A stretch of DNA of 64,000 nt from a virus, in IMG/VR virus record IMGVR_UViG_3300044646_003076. One strand, written 5' to 3'. The position numbers were made by a program, and so were the translations under genes. The notes beneath the pieces are model-generated. The model was not told where the DNA came from. It ran no database searches and saw nothing but the letters and a program-made list of their open reading frames with translations. The first letter of the stretch is position 1. Every line of letters starts with the position of its first letter. Of the stretch, positions 44,501-51,651 are shown piece after piece.

Positions 44501-45969
44501 TTGGTGTTGGTAATAGTCTATATTATTATAATTCTTCTGGTATTTCATCTCAGATCAATTTTGCGACTGGTGGTAATGTGACAATAACACCTCCAATCCG
44601 AGTGGAAGAAGATGGTCTTCACTTTAGAGTTAAACATTCTAATCACGGAATGCATTCTAAATTGAATTATGTTGTAGTTAAAAATGCTAAAGCTGATACC
44701 CCGACAGCAACAATAACAGCTCCGATATCCAACACTTCAACTACGAGTATTCCAGTTAATAATTCAACCATTTTTGAATCATTTGAAGGTCAATTAGTCT
44801 CTACTAATAATCCGGGTTATATTATCATCAACGATGAAATTATTAAATATACTTCTGTTACTTCAGGATTACTCAATAATATCACAAGAGGTATTGATTC
44901 CACTCTCCCGATTACACATTCTATCAATTCAGAAATTCAAAAATATGAACTGAATGGTGTATCACTATTACGAATCAATAGAACTCATAAATTAGAAGAT
45001 GCCACAGTAAGCAATCCTATCGGTCTAGATTATTATAGTATTAGACTATCACAGTCATCCGAAACGATCGGAACTAAGAATATTATTGATAGAACAGGAT
45101 CCGGATTGTATTCAGCTCTTTATTTTAATGCCAATAAGAGTGCTGGTGGGAATGTTGTGAGATCATCCCAGAACATGCCATATGAGCTTATCACTCCTAT
45201 TTTTGAAAGCTTTATTCCCAATAATACAAGCATTGAAGCAAAATTGAGAAGTGTATCTGGAACCAGTATTTCAGGTAACGAAAATTCGTTTGAGGATAGG
45301 GGATATTATGACATAACACTTGGAGAATATAATTATCTTGAGACTCCAAGAATTATTGCATCTAAAGTCAACGAAACCAATAATTTAACCGAACTACCAG
45401 GTAACAAATCTCTTAATATTATTACAACTTTAACGACTGCCGATTCAAGAATTAGTCCTTGTATTGATCTTACTAGAGTGAGTGTTATCACTACTTCTAA
45501 TAGAATCAATAAGATTGTTGATAATTATGTCGGAGATAACAGAGTCAATTCCCTTAATAGAGATCAAAATGCATTTATTTACGTTTCTAAACCCCATAGA
45601 TTAGAATTCCCAGCATCTTCTATTAAACTTTATGTGAGTGCTGATGTTAATAATTACTCCGATATCAGAGCACTATATTCCATTGATTCCGAAGAAAACC
45701 CAAATCCGATTTTTGAATTATTTCCAGGATTCAGTAACATTGATTCTCTTGGCAATACCGTTAATAGTAGTCTTAATGATGGAACTCCAGATAGATTCAC
45801 TCAAACCAATAACACTCTTTCTTTTGAAGCACAAAATTATAGAGAGTATGAATTTACCTCTAACAATCTACCTCCATTTAGATACTTTAGAGTTAAATTA
45901 ATCTTCACTTCTACCAATCAGGCATACGTGCCTAAGGTAAAAGACATCCGTACCATCGCTCTCGCCTAA
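38509..45969 (+). CDS. VrlC-like large virion structural protein (DUF4815-type)
   Basis: MPQETNLNVSPYFDDFD, QAREINNLQS, RFKSGFFVDNF and PLAQSF motifs; typical position after gp8. Confidence 0.85.
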   Translation: MPQETNLNVSPYFDDFDKDKKYYKVLIKPESPVQAREINNLQSIFQNQIESLGDHIFREGAKVIPGQTSYNRYYNAVELENSFSGVDLETYLSFIVGKKIIGSTSGVEAVIDSAITSNESERNNVTIYVNYLSASSVNNSTLTFLDGENLLIQESIITSSIAFEAGQAIAKTISLSSNSLSSTFTVSEGVYYLRGHFVVVDTQTLILDQYDNNPTYKIGFTIEEEIITSDIDPSLTDNAKGFNNYAAPGADRFKITAILDKKEIGDTLSDNFVEITRIENGIIRNNPNDPLYNIIEEKFAKRTYDESGDYYVRRYDVSCEESLNNRIGNNGIFFEGAKTYQGNTPSDDLAIYKVSPGKAYVRGYEVEINAPTFLDITKPRTTKVIGNQSLIYSTGTTLSLNNVYGTPEIGIGNTFTLSLRDSRIGVGLSTASGDEIGLARVYDYALESGSYQTLLTTNVWDLTLYDIQPYTKITLNQPATISTPAYFVGNSSGATGYLKTSISNSSNVVLYNVSGKFVENESFTINNITNSRIGTAVTSYGISDVKSVYGSSTYGPFNGDVVQTDFLSVGICSITAEVANESTITISGLNYINSFNKNDLVRFSLPTQGTLPFVAKVKSFSNTSQATNLVVTGVTTVAGVYDGKLPSSGTNLTDLTLIKTSTGSGNQTQLYTPLSRQNVRNVDLSESNLIIRKQYKVNITTNSTNTLTAGDDYFFLPYDEERYSLIRSDGVVEPLTSDKFDISSGGKQLTINGLGSNDTNSVLITTQRKINVTAKVKQKQRVNSIVIDKSSLPSSGIGTTTRNDKLIYGNYPYGTRVQDTEISLNVPDVIVVHGIFESQNLEEPTAPKMVLSNISPTNNTSAILIGEQFIGQTSGAVAICADIVDSDEIHFIYKNSTVFQTGEVVSFKESQLTAKVSQITSNSKNITNSYLFDNGQRESYYDYSKIIRRSGALEPQSKIIVYFDNLTYSSQDAGDITTASSYITFDYKNDIQSHNNIRNTDIVDIRPRVDNYTVQIDARSPFEFEGRKFTQTGNSSTNILASDEELILNFDYYQPRIDRIFLNKEGNFIVQKGTPSDEPALPQSVDDSIEIAKVFLPAYLYDTNKASVTQYDYKRYQMSDISKLETRIKNLEAYTTLSLLETETSNLFIPDASNPGLNRFKSGFFVDNFKTLTAQDESVGIRNAVDPKNGGMRPSHYTSSIPLVIGTKELLGVGSTTNIDYSNITTSDILGDNIQKTGDIITLKYNSIKWLEQPFATRVENVQPFILSFWEGTLSLNPSSDIWVDTVRLNPKTIQVEGDYLATLNRLVASNGINAQTGIGPTIWGSWSLLGYGNPRWVRSSGFTNGIPSVFQGRSVLGPARWSGHAVDSVSSGIIPTTGLYVEARDSFSSRTGSQMIVSEIFDTRSLGDSVVAVDILPNMRSRNIEFRCSGMQKGILVYPFFEGVDVSRYCFPKLLEISMTSGTFIIGETVRIKTTANNIEGYFRIAQPNHKNGGFNSPSEFYSSEPYRNTVLPTSYTSTSTILNVDTGSLALKSQGNYYGKVQNGFILIGESSGAEATVSELRLVTDNNGEIVGSFYIPDPNIPENPVFSTGTKIFKLTSNVTNTPIKGSPLSAAESKFFAEGKRQSIQEKVLSVRNASVTTRTFTETKSEEVFTGLYIDPLAQSFSCDEPTGVYLTHVDVYFESKDASIPVRCQIRTMELGTPTQTILPFSEISLNPDDVNISSDGSVSTTFKFSSPVYIEPGQENAFVLLSNSTSYRVWISRLGERDVFSKKIVETQPTLGSLFKSQNASTWTPSQFEDLKFTLYRAEFATTSGYVNFYNPDLNEANSQIPILTNNPLDLISRKVRLGLAVTITESDNNFKYGQTVYQPSTNAQGIYISKVGLATGGTSNGGLTITSAGIGYTPTSGTLTYNNISLSPITGSGRNATANITISNGVAIGATVVNSGTGYQVGDVLTATQIGANALGRNLRISIGNVTQFNELVLDNVQGNFATGVGVGNSLYYYNSSGISSQINFATGGNVTITPPIRVEEDGLHFRVKHSNHGMHSKLNYVVVKNAKADTPTATITAPISNTSTTSIPVNNSTIFESFEGQLVSTNNPGYIIINDEIIKYTSVTSGLLNNITRGIDSTLPITHSINSEIQKYELNGVSLLRINRTHKLEDATVSNPIGLDYYSIRLSQSSETIGTKNIIDRTGSGLYSALYFNANKSAGGNVVRSSQNMPYELITPIFESFIPNNTSIEAKLRSVSGTSISGNENSFEDRGYYDITLGEYNYLETPRIIASKVNETNNLTELPGNKSLNIITTLTTADSRISPCIDLTRVSVITTSNRINKIVDNYVGDNRVNSLNRDQNAFIYVSKPHRLEFPASSIKLYVSADVNNYSDIRALYSIDSEENPNPIFELFPGFSNIDSLGNTVNSSLNDGTPDRFTQTNNTLSFEAQNYREYEFTSNNLPPFRYFRVKLIFTSTNQAYVPKVKDIRTIALA

Positions 45970-45971
45970 CA

Positions 45972-46193
45972 ATGACTCAGCTAGTTTCTATTGAATCTGA
46001 TACCAATCTCGCAAGAGATTTATCAACCAACACCATTGTAAACACCAATGGTAATGCTTATGAGAAATATATAAGCTGCAAAAAGCGACAGGAAGAAGAT
46101 AAAACTAAGCTAGAGAATATGCAAACTGAAATTGAATCCATGAAAGACGATTTACAGATTATTAAAAATCTATTGCTATCATTCCATAAATGA
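45972..46193 (+). CDS. conserved cyanophage coiled-coil hypothetical protein
   Basis: L.RD..TN.IVN...Y pattern. Confidence 0.8.
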   Translation: MTQLVSIESDTNLARDLSTNTIVNTNGNAYEKYISCKKRQEEDKTKLENMQTEIESMKDDLQIIKNLLLSFHK

Positions 46194-46363
46194 ATCCAAA
46201 CACAATTAATTTAAAGACATTAAGTTTTTCCTTTGAATATGAAAAACTATCAAGAGATATTGATAGCTTAAATAATATAGATGATGCTAAGGATCTAGCT
46301 AAGTATTTTATGAAGCTATATTTTTATCAACAAGAAACTATCTCTAGTCTAGGTAAACTATAA
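46190..46363 (+). CDS. NblA-like small helical protein, 57 aa (not in track)
   Basis: MNPNTINLKTLSFSFEYEKLSRDIDSLNNIDDAKDLAKYFMKLYFYQQETISSLGKL; ATGA and TAATG coupling on both sides. Confidence 0.65.
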   Translation: MNPNTINLKTLSFSFEYEKLSRDIDSLNNIDDAKDLAKYFMKLYFYQQETISSLGKL

Positions 46364-47184
46364 TGGCACAACCAACGAATAGACAAGAATTTATTGATTA
46401 TTGCCTAAGAAGTCTTGGTGCTCCTGTTCTTGAGATTAATGTGGCTCAAGAACAGATTGAAGATAGAGTTGATGATGCAATTCAATATTTTCAAGAAAGG
46501 CATTTTGATGGTGTAGAGTTGACCTACTTGAAATATAAAATAACTCAAGAAGATATTGATCGGGCAGGAGGTAAAATCAATCCTGGTATAACAACTACCA
46601 ATAGCGCGGGAAAAGATTATACATTCCAAGACGACAGAAATTATATTCAGATTCCCGATTATATCTTTGGTGTAACTAAAATCTTTAAATTTGAGGGAAC
46701 TAACACACTCTCCAGCAATATGTTTAGTATTAAATATCAATTATTTTTGAATGATCTTTATTATTGGGGATCAACTGAGCTATTGTCTTATACCATGGTT
46801 AAGCGTTATCTTGAAGATATTGACTGGATTCTTTCTACCGAAAAACCTATCAGATTCAATAAAAGACAAGGACGCCTTTATATTGATGTTGATTGGAAAA
46901 CGATGTCAAAGGATTCTTATCTACTCATTGAGTGTTATAGAGCACTCAATCCAACAGAATCAACTAAAGTTTGGAATGACTCTTTTCTTAAAAGGTATGC
47001 AACCGCTCTCATCAAAAGACAATGGGGATCCAATCTATCATCTAAATTTAGAGGAATGAAACTTCCAGGAGGAGTTGAACTTAATGGTAGAGAGATGTAT
47101 GATGATGCTCAACGAGAACTTGATATTATTGAAGAAAAAATGAGTAGTTATTATGAACTCCCGCCTCTAGATCTTATTGCATAA
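46363..47184 (+). CDS. gp13: neck protein gp13
   Basis: LGAPVLEINV..EQIEDRVDDAIQYF and QWGSNL.KF.G.KLPGGVELNG motifs. Confidence 0.95.
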   Translation: MAQPTNRQEFIDYCLRSLGAPVLEINVAQEQIEDRVDDAIQYFQERHFDGVELTYLKYKITQEDIDRAGGKINPGITTTNSAGKDYTFQDDRNYIQIPDYIFGVTKIFKFEGTNTLSSNMFSIKYQLFLNDLYYWGSTELLSYTMVKRYLEDIDWILSTEKPIRFNKRQGRLYIDVDWKTMSKDSYLLIECYRALNPTESTKVWNDSFLKRYATALIKRQWGSNLSSKFRGMKLPGGVELNGREMYDDAQRELDIIEEKMSSYYELPPLDLIA

Positions 47185-47189
47185 AATAG

Positions 47190-48590
47190 ATGTTAAATCC
47201 TTTCTTTTTGCAAGGCTCAAAAACAGAACAAGGTCTTCTACAAGATCTAATAAATGAATCAATTCAGATTCATGGTGTAGATATCTACTATCTCCCGAGA
47301 CTTTATGTAACAAAAAGAAAGGTTGTTAGGGAAGTTATTGAATCAAAATTTACATCCGCGTTTCCTTTAGAAGCATATATTGAAAGTTATGATGGTTATG
47401 AAGGAGCTGGTACACTTTTAAGTAAATTTGGTATCAAGCCAGAACTAGATCTCAATATTATTATTTCCAAAGAGCGATTTGGATCATATATCACTCCTTT
47501 GATTCAACATATCCCGGATATTGAATTACCAACAAGACCTAAAGAAGGAGATTTAATATGGTTTCCTCTTGGAGATCGTCTTTTTGAAATCAAGTTTGTT
47601 GAACATGAAGCACCTTTTTATCAACTACAAAACAATTATGTTTATGCTTTAAGATGTGAACTCTTCCGCTATCAAGATGAGATTATTGCCACCGGATATG
47701 AATTTATTGATGAAACTGTTAAAAATCAAATTTATACTGAAATCTATCAACTTATTGGGGTCGGTAATACCGCTTCCGCCATCACATCTATTCTTAATGG
47801 TGGAGTAACAAGTGTCACAATCACCAATAGAGGTGATGGATATCGTAGTGCTCCAAATGTAGCTTTTACAACTTCTCCTGGAACCACAGCAGTTGGTATT
47901 GCGTCAATGATCGGTGGTATTGTTGATCTTTGTGAACCAGATTCTTCTCGTTTTAGAGTTCAAAACGTAGAAATAACAAATCCTGGTTTCGGATACACCG
48001 TTGCTCCAACAGTTGGATTTTATGGAGGAGATGGTTCTGGTGCATCTGCTTATGCAACAATCGCTGATGGTATTGTTGGTATTATTACAATAACAAATCC
48101 AGGAAGCGGTTATACTGGGGTACCAGATATTAATGTTGTTGGAGTAGCATCCACACCAGCTATTCTAAGAGGTATTGTTCAGAATGGATCTCTTTCCGAA
48201 ATCAGAATCATTCAAGCTGGTATTGGCTACACTGTTCCACCACAAATAACGATAAGTAATCCTTCTAATAGTGCTACTGGAACATTCACTTTTAATGAGA
48301 TCGTTTCAGGTAATATTACTGGTAATTCTGCAAGAGTTAAAAAATGGGATAAACCAACTAATATTCTTGAAGTTGGTAATATGACGGGATCCTTTGTTCC
48401 CGGAGAACTTTTAACCGGAATGGAATCTGGTGCTCAATATGCAGTGCAAAGTGGAATTTCATCTTTGACTAATGAAGAGTTCACACAGATCGGAATTACG
48501 ATTAATCCTTATGCACAAAATAATGATATCCAAGTGGAAGCCAATAAGGTTATTGATGATACAGAGTACAATATCTTTGGTAAGATCTAA
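47190..48590 (+). CDS. gp14: neck protein gp14 with GxGY-repeat insertion
   Basis: EQ.LLQDLINESIQI.G.D.YYLPR and PKEGDLIWFP motifs. Confidence 0.92.
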   Translation: MLNPFFLQGSKTEQGLLQDLINESIQIHGVDIYYLPRLYVTKRKVVREVIESKFTSAFPLEAYIESYDGYEGAGTLLSKFGIKPELDLNIIISKERFGSYITPLIQHIPDIELPTRPKEGDLIWFPLGDRLFEIKFVEHEAPFYQLQNNYVYALRCELFRYQDEIIATGYEFIDETVKNQIYTEIYQLIGVGNTASAITSILNGGVTSVTITNRGDGYRSAPNVAFTTSPGTTAVGIASMIGGIVDLCEPDSSRFRVQNVEITNPGFGYTVAPTVGFYGGDGSGASAYATIADGIVGIITITNPGSGYTGVPDINVVGVASTPAILRGIVQNGSLSEIRIIQAGIGYTVPPQITISNPSNSATGTFTFNEIVSGNITGNSARVKKWDKPTNILEVGNMTGSFVPGELLTGMESGAQYAVQSGISSLTNEEFTQIGITINPYAQNNDIQVEANKVIDDTEYNIFGKI

Positions 48591-49597
48591 TGTTTCAACA
48601 CTTCTATCACGAAACACTCAGACGTGTTATCTACGCTTTCGGAACACTTTTTAATAATATCTACATCAAACATAAAAATGACGAAGGTGAAGTTATTTCA
48701 ACATTAAGAGTGCCAGTTGCATATGGACCGACTCAAAAATTTCTAGCAAGACTTGAACAATCTCCAGATTTAAGTAAACCTATTCAGATCACTCTTCCAA
48801 GAATGTCAATGGAGATTACCAATATTAAGTATGATAGTGCAAGACAGACGACTGCCACGCAAACTTTTATTGCTCCCGATAAAAATAGTAAACCACGAAA
48901 AGGATATCTACCAATAGCATATACTTTATTTTTAGAACTTGGTATTTTTACTAAACTAGAAGATGATATGTTTCAGATAGTTGAACAGATTCTTCCATAT
49001 TTTCGTCCAAGCTATACCGTTAGTATTGATTTTCTAGATGAAATCAACGAGAAGAGAGATATAATTTTTACACTCAATGATATTGAAATGACTGATGATT
49101 ATGAAGGAAATTTTGATAAAAGACGTTCACTCATCTGGACTTTAAGATTTTCTGCTGACATCTTCTTCTTTATTCCGATTTCAGGAGAAAATGAGGCATC
49201 TAAGAATATTATCAATAAGGTTTCTTTTGGATTTATTGCTGGTGATTATGATGGCAAAAATAAAAAAGAAGATATTAGATATACAGTAACACCAAAAGCC
49301 ACAAAAAATTATACTGGAACTGTTATCACTTCATTGGCTAAAGATTCATCCGAATCCGATACTCTTATTGAAGTAACTGATTCCACTAACATTACAGAAA
49401 AAACTTTCATCTCAATTAATGATGAGACACTTTATGTTAAATCAATACAAGGAAATATTTTGAATGTTGATCGTGGAATCTATGATACTACCACGAAACT
49501 TCATATTAAAGGATCCGATGTATTAAATATTACTACCATAGATAATGCACTTATTGCTCCACAAGATCCATTCTCTTTTATTGGAATTTTTGAATAA
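48590..49597 (+). CDS. gp15: tail sheath stabiliser / tail terminator gp15
   Basis: FYHE..RR.I.AFGTLFNNI and VPVAYGP.QKFLARL motifs. Confidence 0.95.
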   Translation: MFQHFYHETLRRVIYAFGTLFNNIYIKHKNDEGEVISTLRVPVAYGPTQKFLARLEQSPDLSKPIQITLPRMSMEITNIKYDSARQTTATQTFIAPDKNSKPRKGYLPIAYTLFLELGIFTKLEDDMFQIVEQILPYFRPSYTVSIDFLDEINEKRDIIFTLNDIEMTDDYEGNFDKRRSLIWTLRFSADIFFFIPISGENEASKNIINKVSFGFIAGDYDGKNKKEDIRYTVTPKATKNYTGTVITSLAKDSSESDTLIEVTDSTNITEKTFISINDETLYVKSIQGNILNVDRGIYDTTTKLHIKGSDVLNITTIDNALIAPQDPFSFIGIFE

Positions 49598-49599
49598 TC

Positions 49600-50031
49600 A
49601 TGCCAAAACAAAAAAAGTTTGAAGAATTACATGCAACGTTCAATATTGAACCCGTTATTGAAAAAACAGAAGTTGAGCAAAAAGAGGTAGAAGTTCTACC
49701 AGATCAAAAACCGTCAGCTTTTGATGCTGATGTACAATACGTTTTTGGTGTCATTAAAGCAACAATCATAAAAACTCAAGAGGCTCTTGATAATGCACTT
49801 GAATTGGCACAGGAAACGGATTCAGCTAGAGCTTATGAAGTTGTTGGTCAATTATCAAAGCAAAGCGTAGAATCAGCCGAGAAGATTATTGATATTCACC
49901 AAAAACTTAAAGATATGGATGAAGGTAGAAACAATAATAGTAATGGGAATGTCACTCAAAACAATGCAATATTCGTCGGAACTACTGCAGAAGCAATAAA
50001 ATTAGTAAAAGCACAGATAAGCGATAAATAA
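49600..50031 (+). CDS. gp16: terminase small subunit gp16
   Basis: ARAYEV.GQL and VTQNNAIFVGTT motifs. Confidence 0.9.
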   Translation: MPKQKKFEELHATFNIEPVIEKTEVEQKEVEVLPDQKPSAFDADVQYVFGVIKATIIKTQEALDNALELAQETDSARAYEVVGQLSKQSVESAEKIIDIHQKLKDMDEGRNNNSNGNVTQNNAIFVGTTAEAIKLVKAQISDK

Positions 50032-50049
50032 TTATTAATTTTACACAAA

Positions 50050-51648
50050 ATGTCAGTATTTTCAGAAGACCATAAAGAGATTGAAAGTGGTAAAAGAAAG
50101 GATGAAGAAGGCTACATGGCTCACATTGAGTTGGATAGCATTGAAAAATCGGTCAGTAGACTGAGAAAAGTTATTAAAAAATCCGATCAACAACTTCCTG
50201 CCTGGGTTCAATCTAAAATCACAAGAGCTACTGATTTTATTGACACTGCAGCAGAATATCTATCTTCTGATGAAAAACTGAGCGAAGGTGCAAGTTTTCA
50301 AATTAATCCAGAAAAACATAAAAAAGCAAGACCTCCAGTTGGTGCGGAAAAACTCAGAAGTATGTCGGCAAGACAGAGAGCACAATTACCCAATCAAGAA
50401 CTCGTAAGAAGTAAAGTTGGTATTCAACTTCCTAAACTTAAAGAATCTTCTCTGACAGATCGTATTCTTGCAGAAATGGGTTGTGATTGTGATATGAAGC
50501 CACATAAGAGTGTTAATGAGATTGCCAAAAAGCATAATACCTCAGTTGAAAGAATTGAAAAACAACTGAAAAAAGGTATTAAAGTTGAAATGGAACATAC
50601 TACTGATAAGTCAGAAGCAGAGAGTATCGCACTACAACATCTAGCAGAAAGACCAGATTATTATGCCAAACTTTCTAAAGTGGAAAATGCTCCCATTCAG
50701 GAAGAAACAAAATCTGGTGATAGTAGTTTAAGAGATTGGTTTTCAAAATCTAGTGGCAGAGATCCTAAAACAGGTAAAAAGGTTCCGGGTTGGGTGCAGA
50801 TTGGTGGTCCTTATGCTGGTGCTCCATGTGCAAGACAGCCCGGCCAGAAATCAACTCCAAAATGCGGAAGTTCTAAAATGGCAGGAAATCTTTCCGATAA
50901 GGAAGAAGAAAAAGCCTTTAAACGTAAGAATAGAAAAGATCCCAATCAACCGGAAAAATCAGGAGCATCTAAACCGACATACGTTAAAACCGAAGAGTAT
51001 CTAGTTAAAGAAGATAAAAAAGAAAAGAGTAAAAAAGACGCTTGTTACCACAAAGTTAAATCACGATATGATGTTTGGCCTAGTGCATATTCAAGTGCTT
51101 CTTTAGTAAAATGTCGCAAAGTTGGTGCAGCTAACTGGGGCACAAAATCAGAAGAGACGATTCAAGAAGGAGTAAGAATTCAATCTCAAAGTGGCCAATT
51201 AATGAACATTATGCTTAACTGGCGCAATAAAATTATTGTCACTCAAATGTTCTTTCCGCAAGTAAGAATTCCTAAGAAGTTAGAAGTATTATCCGCTGTT
51301 GAAAAGGTTTACCCTGGTGCAAAAGTTCTTACTTTTAGAGTAAGTGTTATTGATCCAAAAATGCCTTTAGTTCAAGTTAAAGAAGATACCGAAGCCTGGC
51401 AAAAAGTAAATCGTAAAGATAGAGTTGATGGTTTAAGTCAAAAAGCTGTGAATACTTACAGAAGAGAACATCCAGGTTCAAAACTTCAAACCGCTGTTAC
51501 TGAAAAAAATCCAACAGGTAAAAGAAAAAAGCGCAGAAAATCTTATTGTAGTAGATCTGAAGGTCAGATGAAAATGCATAATATTAGCTGTTCCGAAGAT
51601 CCCAAAAAGCCTATTTGTAAAGCCAGACGACGTTGGAATTGTGAATAA
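50050..51648 (+). CDS. multidomain basic late protein, probably head-associated
   Basis: PAWVQSKI, GIKVEMEHT...IALQHLAERPDYY and DACYHKVKSRYDVWPSAY modules separated by Glu-rich linkers; own late promoter. Confidence 0.8.
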   Translation: MSVFSEDHKEIESGKRKDEEGYMAHIELDSIEKSVSRLRKVIKKSDQQLPAWVQSKITRATDFIDTAAEYLSSDEKLSEGASFQINPEKHKKARPPVGAEKLRSMSARQRAQLPNQELVRSKVGIQLPKLKESSLTDRILAEMGCDCDMKPHKSVNEIAKKHNTSVERIEKQLKKGIKVEMEHTTDKSEAESIALQHLAERPDYYAKLSKVENAPIQEETKSGDSSLRDWFSKSSGRDPKTGKKVPGWVQIGGPYAGAPCARQPGQKSTPKCGSSKMAGNLSDKEEEKAFKRKNRKDPNQPEKSGASKPTYVKTEEYLVKEDKKEKSKKDACYHKVKSRYDVWPSAYSSASLVKCRKVGAANWGTKSEETIQEGVRIQSQSGQLMNIMLNWRNKIIVTQMFFPQVRIPKKLEVLSAVEKVYPGAKVLTFRVSVIDPKMPLVQVKEDTEAWQKVNRKDRVDGLSQKAVNTYRREHPGSKLQTAVTEKNPTGKRKKRRKSYCSRSEGQMKMHNISCSEDPKKPICKARRRWNCE

Positions 51649-51651
51649 TTT

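Noticed and set aside
25455-48590. Recurrent GxGY..xP repeats in gp7, VrlC-like and gp14, and many short overlapping ORFs
   Set aside because: These are ordinary structural repeat modules of cyanomyophage baseplate and neck proteins. The short ORFs are alternative-frame shadows. No TR/VR pair or reverse transcriptase suggests a DGR.
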